Source: an uncultured Planctomycetia bacterium
Lineage (GTDB): Bacteria > Planctomycetota > UBA8108 > UBA1146
Assembly (NCBI GenBank): GCA_964412635.1
Contig: CAYPPQ010000002.1
Coordinates: 1-62,854, forward strand
Direction of reading: 5' to 3'
Length of the DNA: 62,854 nt
In this document: positions 39,328-48,622 of the stretch, piece by piece
Numbering within the stretch: position 1 is the first letter of the stretch
How the letters are laid out: the number at the start of each line of letters is the position of its first letter
The notes under the pieces: generated by a model
What the model was told of the DNA's origin: nothing
Database searches by the model: none
The model's input: only the letters and a program-made list of their open reading frames with translations
Translations under genes and position numbers: made by a program

Positions 39328-42300
39328 CCTTCTCACCTCATCTCCTGATTCGAGCCAGCGCCGGCTCTGGAAAAACTCATCAACTGACCAGCCGCTTCAT
39401 CGGATTGCTGGTGGCGGGGGAAGATCCCTCTGGAATCCTCGCCGTCACCTTCACTCGCCTCGCTGCCGGCGAGATCATGGAACGGGTGCTCATCCGGATG
39501 CTGCAGGCGATTGGAAACAAGGAGTCGCTGGAACAACTGCAACAATCTCTGGAGTCTGTCGGTTTTTCACGGCCCACCTCCGATGAAGTCGGAGCGGCAC
39601 TTCGAAGACTCCTCGAGAAGTTACACCTGTGCACCGTCTCCACCCTGGATGCTTTCTTTGCGAGGATCGCAACGGCTCATACCTTCGAGTGTGGGCTCAC
39701 GCCGGGCTGGACCATCCTCGATAATACTCAGCTCGATGCGGTACAGACCGGGGCGATTCAGAACCTGCTCTCGAACGGGACCGATGCCGATGCACGGATC
39801 TTGATGCACCGACTGAATCGAGGGAAATCTTCCAGCCAGGTGGCGGATCAACTGCAGGAAATCGTCTCCTTCGGCCACGCCAAGTACCTGGAATTTCCGC
39901 GAGATGCATGGCACAACCCGGAGCCGATCCCGGCCCCACCTCAAGCCGATCTTGACCAGGCACGACAACTGCTGCAATCGGTGGAATGTCCCAAAACAAA
40001 GACAGGAACCGATCACAAGAACTGGCGCAAAGCCCTCGATGGACTGTCGTACTGGTTCGAGGATCCACAACGCTTCGACCCCCTCGACCTGTTCGAATCC
40101 GGAATCGGCAAGGCGGTCCTTGCCGGTCAGGATCGATTCCATGGAGTCCCCATCTCCGGCGATCTGTTCACGGTGATGGAGTACGTTCAAGCGGTTGCCC
40201 GAGCGCAGATCTCCCGGATCATCCGGACCCAGAATGAGGCGACCGGAGAGTTACTCTCCAGGTTTGATCACTTCCGAAGCCTCGGTCTCCGGGCCCGGGG
40301 AGGGGTCGCATTTCAGGACATTCCTCAGGTACTGGTCATCGCCGGAGTCCTCGCATCGGCAAACACCATCCTCTATCGACTCGATGCCACGACCAAGCAT
40401 CTCCTCCTCGACGAGTTCCAGGACACCTCCTATCTCCAATTTGCTGCCATACGCCCACTTGTTGAGGAGATCGCCAGCGACTCCGCCGGCGGTCGTAGCA
40501 TCTTCTGCGTCGGAGATCCGAAGCAGGCGATCTATGGCTGGCGCGGAGGCCGTGCCGAGGTCCTTGATCACCTCGAGCAGTACCTGCTTCCCGGATCCGA
40601 TCAAACTCTCGAAGCTTCCTATCGCTCATCGCCGGAGATCCTCGAGGCGGTCAACTCGGTGTTCGGTACCTTGCCCTCGGCCGATTGGCTCGTTGCAGAC
40701 CGTGATGCGGTCTCCAGCTGGTGTGAGAACTTCCACGATCACTTCACCGCTACCGGTGGACCCGGTGACACTCCGGGACATGTGGTCCTGAAGGTCGCCC
40801 AGCACCATGAAGATCGAACCCGAGAAGCCGCCCCCTACATCGATGCCATCGAGGAGGTGGAACGGGTGCGAGGGATTGCCCCCGAGGCGACCATCGCGGT
40901 GCTGGTTCGCAAGAATCAGAACATCGCACGCCTGGTCGCTGCCCTGCGCGAACGAGGCATCGATGCCAGCGAAGAGGGAGGAAATCCGCTGGTCGATTCA
41001 CCGGCGGTGGGAAGAATCGTTGCTCTTCTGGAACTGGTGGAGCACCCCGGAGATGCCACCATGAGACTTGCTGTCGCCTCATCCCCCCTACCCGATATTG
41101 CCGCCAAGATCGGCGGATTCCCCGCCGCTGACTGGCTGCAGCGGGAGGTCGCAGTGGAGGTGGCTGAAACGCTTCGAAATCGCATCCATCAACAGGGTAT
41201 CTCCGACGCCATCGCTGGACTGGTGAGCGAACTGGCCCAATCGTGCGGCCCGGAGGATCGAACTCGTCTCCAGCAGATGATGGAACAGATCCGCATTCAC
41301 GATGCACGAGGAAGTCGCCTCGAAAACCTCATCCAGCACCTCAGGCAGCACCGCCTCGCCTCCCCTACCGGATCCACGGTTCAGGTGATGACGGTGCACC
41401 AGGCCAAGGGGCTTGGCCGAGATGTGGTGATCCTTCCCGAACTTGCCGCGGGTTGGTTCAAGGTGCTCCCCAAGTTGCTGGAACGATCTCAGGTCGACGA
41501 CACAACCGACTCGAAACTGATCAGTCGATACGTCGCCGAAGCACATCGCACGCTGCTCGGTTGCCCCTATCCGGAGATGCACAGAGAAGTGCGGCGATCT
41601 CGGTTACAGGAATCACTGAGTGTCCTGTACGTGGCGATGACCCGTGCCAGGCATTCCTTGACGATGATCATCCCCTCCGAGAAGAAGTTAACGGAGGCGT
41701 CCTCCGCCCACTTGCTCTGGAAAACTCTCGGACAGGAGGGATCGTTGACTGCTGGAACGATTCTCCACGAACAGGGAGACCCTCTCTCCATCAAAGGCGT
41801 CCAGGGAAAACAGCACCAGCCAGCGAAGGAAGTGAAGATCCCGAAGCTGACAGGTCGAGCCAAGGCTGCCTCGAAAACACCTTCGCATTCCACATCCTTC
41901 TTCACCACAGATGATTCGTTCCGTGCCCGCTCGATGGGGACACTCGCTCACCTGGCGATGGAACAGATCGAATGGGGAGCTGAAGAGCCCGATCAATTGC
42001 GGGAGGTGATGCTGAAAGAGGAACCACGCATCCAGCACTTCTTCGACGAGTCGATCGAAATCGTTCGCCATGCCCTTCAACAGGAATGCGTGAAGGATCT
42101 GTTCGATCTGCAGTCGGCGCGAAATCGACTGGGTTGCCAGGAGGGAGACGAGATCGTCGCTGAGCGGGAGATCCCCTTCAGTTGTGAGATGGACGGGGCA
42201 CTCTTCAGCGGAATCATCGATCGACTGGTACTACGGTTTCACGATCAACTGCCGGTGGCAGCGGAGGTGATCGATTTCAAGACTGACCGGATCGCTGGAG

Positions 42301-42440
42301 ATGCTGTCGAGACCGCTTCCAGGCACCGAGAGCAGCTCGAAAGCTACCGCCAGGCCGTGAACACCATCTGGAAGATCGATCCGCAACAGATCGACCTGAA
42401 GGTGGTCCTGATCCGTAGTGGTGACATCGTCTCCCTCTAG
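39324..42440 (+). CDS. addA: AddA-like UvrD helicase-nuclease
   Basis: ASAGSGKT, DEFQDT, VGDPKQAIYGWRG, SYRS, MTVHQAKGL, YVAMTRA; nuclease GIIDRL...DFKTD...QLESY. ATGA overlap with addB. Confidence 0.9.
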   Translation: MTFSPHLLIRASAGSGKTHQLTSRFIGLLVAGEDPSGILAVTFTRLAAGEIMERVLIRMLQAIGNKESLEQLQQSLESVGFSRPTSDEVGAALRRLLEKLHLCTVSTLDAFFARIATAHTFECGLTPGWTILDNTQLDAVQTGAIQNLLSNGTDADARILMHRLNRGKSSSQVADQLQEIVSFGHAKYLEFPRDAWHNPEPIPAPPQADLDQARQLLQSVECPKTKTGTDHKNWRKALDGLSYWFEDPQRFDPLDLFESGIGKAVLAGQDRFHGVPISGDLFTVMEYVQAVARAQISRIIRTQNEATGELLSRFDHFRSLGLRARGGVAFQDIPQVLVIAGVLASANTILYRLDATTKHLLLDEFQDTSYLQFAAIRPLVEEIASDSAGGRSIFCVGDPKQAIYGWRGGRAEVLDHLEQYLLPGSDQTLEASYRSSPEILEAVNSVFGTLPSADWLVADRDAVSSWCENFHDHFTATGGPGDTPGHVVLKVAQHHEDRTREAAPYIDAIEEVERVRGIAPEATIAVLVRKNQNIARLVAALRERGIDASEEGGNPLVDSPAVGRIVALLELVEHPGDATMRLAVASSPLPDIAAKIGGFPAADWLQREVAVEVAETLRNRIHQQGISDAIAGLVSELAQSCGPEDRTRLQQMMEQIRIHDARGSRLENLIQHLRQHRLASPTGSTVQVMTVHQAKGLGRDVVILPELAAGWFKVLPKLLERSQVDDTTDSKLISRYVAEAHRTLLGCPYPEMHREVRRSRLQESLSVLYVAMTRARHSLTMIIPSEKKLTEASSAHLLWKTLGQEGSLTAGTILHEQGDPLSIKGVQGKQHQPAKEVKIPKLTGRAKAASKTPSHSTSFFTTDDSFRARSMGTLAHLAMEQIEWGAEEPDQLREVMLKEEPRIQHFFDESIEIVRHALQQECVKDLFDLQSARNRLGCQEGDEIVAEREIPFSCEMDGALFSGIIDRLVLRFHDQLPVAAEVIDFKTDRIAGDAVETASRHREQLESYRQAVNTIWKIDPQQIDLKVVLIRSGDIVSL

Positions 42441-44494
42441 GGGCAGGTCGGATGATCATCGCAAGGGAAGAATGCCCCTGCCGGAATTATCCCGCAATCG
42501 GGGAATGGTGGCGGAGGTGCGGTGCCTCCCGCATAGAGATAGTAAAGCAGTGAAATACCATCACTGATGTCGAGAGAACCGTCGGCATTCGCATCCGCCG
42601 CTTCCAGGCAACCGGGGATCGAGTTCTCGCCGAACACTCTACCGATCAGTAACACGGCATCGGCGAGGCGGATCCCCTGCACCCCATCGGCATCTCCACG
42701 GATGAATCGGATCTCGCACTCATCGAGTTCACCGTTTCCGTTCACATCATTGCTGGGCATCTCCAGGTCACAGGAATCCGGAATGTGGTTACTGTTGCAA
42801 TCCAATGCGTTCCCGGCGAGGAAATCACAGGAGTCTGGAATCATATTTTCGTTGCAATCCGGATCGCAGGAATCGATGACGGCATTGTCGTCGCAATCTT
42901 CCTCGCTGCCTTCGAGAAGCTCGCAGCTATCGAGGAGGCCATCGGCATCACAATCGAGGGTTCCGTCCGATAGGATCTCACAGACATCGGGAATCAGGTT
43001 CTGGTTGCAGTCGACCTGGCACAGGTCCGGGATGCCGTTTCCATCACAATCCATAACCTGCCCCGCTGCAACTGCGCAGGAATCGGGAATGCCATCCCCG
43101 TCGCAATCGGCAACGATTCCATCCCGTGTCGTACAGAGGTCCGGGATTCCATCTCCGTCACAATCCTCGGAGACTCCCATCCCGATTCCACAACCGTCCG
43201 GAATCCCATCGAGATCACAATCTGAATCACTTCCTGCGGCGATGGAGCAGGCGTCTGAAACACCGTCCTGATCACAATCAGTATCTCCGTAGATCTTCAC
43301 GACGATATTGCCCCCCGCCGGAGCGTTGGTAGATGCGAAGGGCGCGCCGATCACGACGACACCTCGATGCACGGCCACGGAAGAACCGAGGAAGGAACTG
43401 GGATTCCCGACCTGGACATCGAGCAGTTGCCAGCCACCTTGCCAGCGGAAGATCGACGCCGAACCGGAGGGAAACGCCTCTGCTCCCGTATCGGTCGGAG
43501 CTCCGATCGACAGGAGATTGCCGTCCAGATCGAGGATGGCACCGAAGGCGCAGCCGCTGGCGCCGGAAGGGGGCAGAAGGTACGGCCCCAGGACCCACAC
43601 CTGGCCCTCGCGATGGTAATGAACCACCGCGCCGGCAGCACTTCCACCGAGGTCAGAATAGGGAGCTCCCAGCAGGATGTGGTCCTCCGACACTGCCACC
43701 GAGGTACCGAGACGATCCCCCGGGTTCGCTGCCCCTGAACCGATGGAGAACTCCTCGATCCAGCTGCCAGCGGTGCCCGTGAAGTAGTATGCAGCGCCGG
43801 TGTCGGGCCCGAGATGATCACGACCTGGGGCCCCCACGATCAGTCGATGAGGGCCATCCAGATCGAGAGCAGTTCCGAACTGATCACCGGGGACACGGTC
43901 AGAGGCGAGCAATCTGTCATGGAACTCCCACACTCCCGCGGAATCGAGTTTCCAGATCGTCACGCAACCGACCGGTCCTGCTCCGGTTTCAAAATTAGGT
44001 GATCCCACCACGAGGGTGTCACCTGCAAGTTTCACACTGCTTCCAAAGCCATCAGCGACCTGAGCTCCCGGATCAAAAAGTACCTGTACAGTCGTCCAGG
44101 TCTGCTGAACACGCTCGAAGATCACCACCGAGCCGTTTCCAGTGGCACCCGCTGCCATTCGATTTCCATCTACCGCCAGAGATGCCCCGAACTCGGAGGT
44201 CACTTCTCCTGTCAACAGCTGTTCCAGTTGATATCCGCTGCTGGACTTACGAAAGACCCTGACACTACCGCTGAGCATGCCTCCACTATCGTCTCCGATG
44301 GCACCGGCAAAGAGCCGCCCGCCCGAGATGGCGACCGATCTTCCAAGATAGTCACCACCGCTGACGCCAAATATCTCCACGGTCCCGGTGGCACACTGCC
44401 CCGGCAGTATTCCCGACAACAGGATGAGGAGAATCGGTACCGTGAGCCCCTGGTACAGAATTGAAAGAGATGAATTGTGGGGCGCAGCACGCAT
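42437..44494 (-). CDS. Secreted protein: 7 FG-GAP-like repeats (beta-propeller), about 11 Cys/Asp Ca-binding repeats, dockerin-like (FIRGD) module
   Basis: Signal ending SGILPGQC; seven (F/L)Gxx(V/L)x(I/V/L) blades; repeats of D-C-(D/N)-x-(D/N)-x4-D-x-C; FIRGDADG and AADANADGSLDISDG. Likely start 44494. Confidence 0.82.
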   Translation of the reverse strand: MRAAPHNSSLSILYQGLTVPILLILLSGILPGQCATGTVEIFGVSGGDYLGRSVAISGGRLFAGAIGDDSGGMLSGSVRVFRKSSSGYQLEQLLTGEVTSEFGASLAVDGNRMAAGATGNGSVVIFERVQQTWTTVQVLFDPGAQVADGFGSSVKLAGDTLVVGSPNFETGAGPVGCVTIWKLDSAGVWEFHDRLLASDRVPGDQFGTALDLDGPHRLIVGAPGRDHLGPDTGAAYYFTGTAGSWIEEFSIGSGAANPGDRLGTSVAVSEDHILLGAPYSDLGGSAAGAVVHYHREGQVWVLGPYLLPPSGASGCAFGAILDLDGNLLSIGAPTDTGAEAFPSGSASIFRWQGGWQLLDVQVGNPSSFLGSSVAVHRGVVVIGAPFASTNAPAGGNIVVKIYGDTDCDQDGVSDACSIAAGSDSDCDLDGIPDGCGIGMGVSEDCDGDGIPDLCTTRDGIVADCDGDGIPDSCAVAAGQVMDCDGNGIPDLCQVDCNQNLIPDVCEILSDGTLDCDADGLLDSCELLEGSEEDCDDNAVIDSCDPDCNENMIPDSCDFLAGNALDCNSNHIPDSCDLEMPSNDVNGNGELDECEIRFIRGDADGVQGIRLADAVLLIGRVFGENSIPGCLEAADANADGSLDISDGISLLYYLYAGGTAPPPPFPDCGIIPAGAFFPCDDHPTCP
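42720..43290 (-). repeat. About 11 thrombospondin-type-3-like DCxxxGIPDxC peptide repeats
   Basis: DCDQDGVSDAC, DCDLDGIPDGC, DCDGDGIPDLC, DCDGDGIPDSC, DCDGNGIPDLC, DCNQNLIPDVC, DCDADGLLDSC, DCDDNAVIDSC, DCNENMIPDSC, DCNSNHIPDSC, DVNGNGELDEC. Boundaries are approximate. Confidence 0.88.
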
Positions 44495-44643
44495 CGACAA
44501 GACTTTCGGAACGAGGGATGGAAACTCCCGGGGGAGGGAGTGGTCGATCTCCATCCATCCTTCCGTCCGCTACGATTCTGTCAATCCACCGCGAGGCCGC
44601 TCGATAGCGTTGGACAGGATTGCTAGTTTGGAATCGTTTTTAC

Positions 44644-46038
44644 CTAGAGAGGATCACCGAGTCGACGAGGCCAGTGATCATCAGGTACTTCCGGTTGCTC
44701 TTCACTTGCTGGACGGATGTGATCGAGGAGGCCTTCCTCGACCTTGTCGTACTGAATCTGACCATCGATCACGGCCCACCGAACGTGTGTCATGTATGAA
44801 AGGATATCCCCATCCAAGATGATGAAATCGGCATCTTTTCCCACTTCGATGGAACCGACTCGATCGGACACACCGAGGATCCTCGCGGGCTCGATGGTGA
44901 TCGCTTCGACAGCCACATCTTCTGCAAGACCACCCCTCACCGCAAAGGCAGCTTCAAGTGGTAAGTGAGCGAGGTCCCTGCCAGCCAATCCCCACATGGC
45001 GATCCCGGTCGACCCGGGGAGTATCACGATGGGAACGCCGTACTCGTGCAGGATTCGAGCGTTTTCGATACTGGTGCCACTGTCGGAACCGCGACTCTCA
45101 TCGCGATCTCTTCGTGCCCTCGGAGTCAGCACGACCGATGCTCCACAGCGTGCAATCACTCCGGGATCGATCCACGCCTCTTCTGCCCCCTCGATGACGA
45201 GGCTGAATCCGAATCGGCGAGCGAGCGTGCACATCTCCCGGATATCAAAGATCTTGCTGAGTCGAACGAGAGCGACCGTCTCTCCCAGGATGAGGCCCTT
45301 CGCTACCGAATAGACCCCGCGAATCCACTTCTCGTCCGGTGCCTTCGCATCCGGATTCTCCTTCTTCTCGACCTGGTGGCGCTCTAGCTCCCGCAGGTGT
45401 TCCTGAACTCGTTCCAGTGCCCTGCGAAACTCACGTTTCTTCAGTGGATTCCTGCTGCTGTAGGAGATCGATGTGAAACTCTTCCGGCGTAGCGTCAGGT
45501 CGGTTACCGATCCTCGGATCAGTTTGGTGACGCGACTGCCATTCCAGGTCGATGTGATTCCTGCGGCGAGACCCATGGCGGTTCCCAGCGAGAAGGGATC
45601 CTGCGTCTTTTCCGCTTCTCCCGATCCCACCAAACCACTCGAACGAAAAGCAACGAGACCAGGGTAGACATGGTACCCCTCGGCATCGATTCTCTCGGCG
45701 GACTCAGGTATCTGTACATCGACTCCAAAGGAGGAGATCTTTCCGTCCTTGCACAGGACCGTGCCCGCGACGATCACCGGTCCGGTGACGGTATGGATGG
45801 TTGCGCCTTCGATGGCGAGGTACTCACCACCCGGTTCCTCCGGTTCGATCTCCTCTTTCGGGGGCTCGGGAGCTGGCGGAGGAGGAGGAGGCCTCCTGCC
45901 ACGACGTCTGCGCTGCGGTGGATCCTGTGCTTCGGCAACGCCGGCGACCTGGAGTGAGAGCCGGGCACCGAACGGGATGTCCGTGACCAGGAACAGGACT
46001 GCCAGCACCAGTAGAGATGATTTCAGTTTCAGGTTCAT
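44644..46038 (-). CDS. Secreted amidohydrolase-fold protein 8 (metal ligands absent)
   Basis: Signal peptide; IEGATIHTVTG; PGLVAFRSS in place of HxH; C-terminal ITIEPARILGVSDRVGSIEVGKDADFII. Start 46038 is an ATGA overlap. Confidence 0.85.
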   Translation of the reverse strand: MNLKLKSSLLVLAVLFLVTDIPFGARLSLQVAGVAEAQDPPQRRRRGRRPPPPPPAPEPPKEEIEPEEPGGEYLAIEGATIHTVTGPVIVAGTVLCKDGKISSFGVDVQIPESAERIDAEGYHVYPGLVAFRSSGLVGSGEAEKTQDPFSLGTAMGLAAGITSTWNGSRVTKLIRGSVTDLTLRRKSFTSISYSSRNPLKKREFRRALERVQEHLRELERHQVEKKENPDAKAPDEKWIRGVYSVAKGLILGETVALVRLSKIFDIREMCTLARRFGFSLVIEGAEEAWIDPGVIARCGASVVLTPRARRDRDESRGSDSGTSIENARILHEYGVPIVILPGSTGIAMWGLAGRDLAHLPLEAAFAVRGGLAEDVAVEAITIEPARILGVSDRVGSIEVGKDADFIILDGDILSYMTHVRWAVIDGQIQYDKVEEGLLDHIRPASEEQPEVPDDHWPRRLGDPL

Positions 46039-47372
46039 CGGCGATCCTCTCGATCCCATACGACCTCACCGGCGATGATCGTCTTCATCACCCTGGCACC
46101 CGGTTGTAGCGGATCCGCATCGAAGAGTACGAAGTGAGCCTGCTTGCCCGGCTCCACCGTACCCATCTCCTTCTCGAGACCGAGGAATCTGGCCGGTTCC
46201 GCTGTCACCGACGCGATGGCCTTCTCTGCGCTGAGCCCGTACCTCACCATCTCGGCGAGTTTCCCGGGGATCTCCTGCATCCCTGCGAGGTTGTCACTCC
46301 TCGGCAGGGTTATCAATCTGCAACCACTTCGAGAGAATGCCACTGGCATGTGGATTCTCGTATACGTGTCCGGAAGTGCACTCAGGCCCGAAGGCATCAA
46401 GAGAGTGGCTTCTCGTTCCGACAGGAGTTCGATCACTTCGTGAAATACTCCTCGACTGGTCGACAGCACGAAGCGATCGAGTGGATCCCGATCCTTCAAC
46501 TCTTCCACCCTGGAAAGTGCAGAGTCGAGATGCAGGATCAGTCCCGGCGTCGACGCCTCGAAGACGATCGGCAATGCATCGCTCTTCTCCTCGATGATCT
46601 TGACCAGTTCGAGGACTGCAGGGTTCATGGGAGGAGCAGTGAACTCCTTCTTCTCTGGCTTCTTGTCGTCCTTCTCTGGATTCTCCGCAGCAGCGTCGTC
46701 AGGCTTCTTCTTGGCCTCTTCCTCCGCTTTTTTCTTCGCTTCTTCCTGCTCCTTGTCCCACTTCTCCCGCGCTTTCTTGACCTTTTCGATCTCGCCGCGG
46801 GCGGCACCAAAAGCCTTATCGACGGAGGAGTAGATCCCGGAAGAACTTCTCCCTGAAAGTGGCAGGTACGCAGCCTTTTTCAGGACCCGGTCGCTGCTCT
46901 CCTGTGCGGTATGAACCACCACGGCATGCCCCGGGAATCCGGATCCACTGGGAATCAGCGTGGTGGCGACGAATCCGCACTCCAGGAAATCCTCCCAGGG
47001 CATCTCCGATTCGCGTAACTGGCGAAGTGGTGACCAGTCGCAGTGAGTACCATTGCGGGAGATGGGAGCGAGTCCGTAGGTCGACTTGGCGAGGATCATG
47101 CCGGCCATCAGGGTCTGGTTCCCCGCATCGATGACATCGGCGTTACTGGGATATTCAAGCTGGTTGCCGACCAGAGTGATCTTCCCCTCCTCGACGATCA
47201 CCTCACCTGGCTCGAGGATCTCACCGGTACCGGTGATGACCCGCCCAGCCCGAATCACGATGACTCGATCTTCGTCCGCCTGAACCGGTGGCGTTGATCC
47301 GGGTAGAGTCGCCGCCGAGACGAGAAGCAACAGTGCCAGGCAGTAGCAACGCTTCAGGGTGAAGTGGATCAT
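46035..47372 (-). CDS. Secreted amidohydrolase-fold protein 7 (metal ligands absent)
   Basis: Signal ending PPVQA; IRAGRVITGTG; AGMILAKST in place of HxH; VTAEPARFLG...GTVEPGKQAHFV. Start 47372 is a TGATG overlap. Confidence 0.85.
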   Translation of the reverse strand: MIHFTLKRCYCLALLLLVSAATLPGSTPPVQADEDRVIVIRAGRVITGTGEILEPGEVIVEEGKITLVGNQLEYPSNADVIDAGNQTLMAGMILAKSTYGLAPISRNGTHCDWSPLRQLRESEMPWEDFLECGFVATTLIPSGSGFPGHAVVVHTAQESSDRVLKKAAYLPLSGRSSSGIYSSVDKAFGAARGEIEKVKKAREKWDKEQEEAKKKAEEEAKKKPDDAAAENPEKDDKKPEKKEFTAPPMNPAVLELVKIIEEKSDALPIVFEASTPGLILHLDSALSRVEELKDRDPLDRFVLSTSRGVFHEVIELLSEREATLLMPSGLSALPDTYTRIHMPVAFSRSGCRLITLPRSDNLAGMQEIPGKLAEMVRYGLSAEKAIASVTAEPARFLGLEKEMGTVEPGKQAHFVLFDADPLQPGARVMKTIIAGEVVWDREDRR

Positions 47373-48622
47373 CAAAAGACTCTCTTCCCGCTGGCATCGT
47401 AGGTCACCTTGCCGTCGATCACCGTCAGTTCACAGGCGGATCGAGGATCGATGGGATCCCCGGTCCACAGGCAGAAATCTGCGTCGAGACCGACCGTGAT
47501 ACTTCCAAGACGATGATCCATCATCAGAGCCTCTGCAGGGATTCTGGTCACTCCCTTGAGGGCCTCGTACGGCGTCCAGCCGTAGTAGCAAGCCATCGAA
47601 GCCTGGTAGAACAGTTCCTCCTGGGGAATCACCGGCGAATCGGTATTGATCCCCAGTTGCCTGACCCCACCTTGCCACCAGCGTGCGGCGTTACCCATGA
47701 TGCGACGCTGAGTGCGATCGAAGTGGATCTGGCGCGGCCCATTGATGGTGTAGATCGATTCGTTCTCGTTGACGAGGGGAGCGACCTTCCACGCGTCGAA
47801 GGTGGAGTGATCGAGCACCGTTCGAATCCCGAAATCGCCTGCGACCATCTTCACCGTGGTCATCAGGACCTGATACATCTGGGTGTGAACCGAAGCGACC
47901 GTCTCCCTGCGAAAGAGTGGTCTGAACTCCTCCCAGTGAAGATCCTTGGGCGGTTCTACTTCGATCTCTCCCGCTTCCCATGCGGTGCGGGCGAGATGGT
48001 AATCCTGTGCCTTTTGCAGCGTCTGACGGGTGTTGAAATTCATGAAGGAACGACCGACCCCGTAGAAGTACCGTTCCGGATTACCTGCCTGGGCGATCTT
48101 CAGCGAGCCGGGGGCCTTCAACACCGCTTCCTCGACGGTACCGGTTCCAGCTGTCTTCAGGATCGTACCGAAGCCTGACATGTTGTTTCCACTACCTGGA
48201 ATCGTCAGAACCGTCGTCACTCCGCCGGCCCGTGCCCGCTCCATCTCGATCCCATCGGGAACGATCGACTCGAGAGTGCGCAGTCCAGGATTGGTCAGGT
48301 ACACGTAATCGTGAAGATCGGGACTCGATCCACCGGTGTGGTTGTGGCACTCCACCATTCCGGGGACCAGCCACAGATCGGGTTTCGAGATCACGGTGGC
48401 CCCGTCGGGAATCACCACATCCTTGTGAGATCCCAGCGCAGTGATCTTGCCATCGACGACGATGACCACTGCGTTGTTGATCACGCGGTCCTCGGCATCC
48501 ATCGTGACCACCTTGCCGACCCGGAACGCCATCGTCTCCGCAGCGACAGCCTCCCCCAGCGGCAGGAAGCCGGTCGCACCACAGAGCAATACGGTGAGTA
48601 AGTACATCGTGCAATTCCTCAT
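47372..48622 (-). CDS. Secreted amidohydrolase 6, the only paralogue with a full binuclear metal-site motif set
   Basis: PGMVECHNH (HxH), SLKIAQAGNP (Lys), SVHTQ (His), LDHST (His), INTDSP (Asp); GSITVGLDADF. ATGA overlap with the upstream gene. Confidence 0.9.
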   Translation of the reverse strand: MRNCTMYLLTVLLCGATGFLPLGEAVAAETMAFRVGKVVTMDAEDRVINNAVVIVVDGKITALGSHKDVVIPDGATVISKPDLWLVPGMVECHNHTGGSSPDLHDYVYLTNPGLRTLESIVPDGIEMERARAGGVTTVLTIPGSGNNMSGFGTILKTAGTGTVEEAVLKAPGSLKIAQAGNPERYFYGVGRSFMNFNTRQTLQKAQDYHLARTAWEAGEIEVEPPKDLHWEEFRPLFRRETVASVHTQMYQVLMTTVKMVAGDFGIRTVLDHSTFDAWKVAPLVNENESIYTINGPRQIHFDRTQRRIMGNAARWWQGGVRQLGINTDSPVIPQEELFYQASMACYYGWTPYEALKGVTRIPAEALMMDHRLGSITVGLDADFCLWTGDPIDPRSACELTVIDGKVTYDASGKRVF

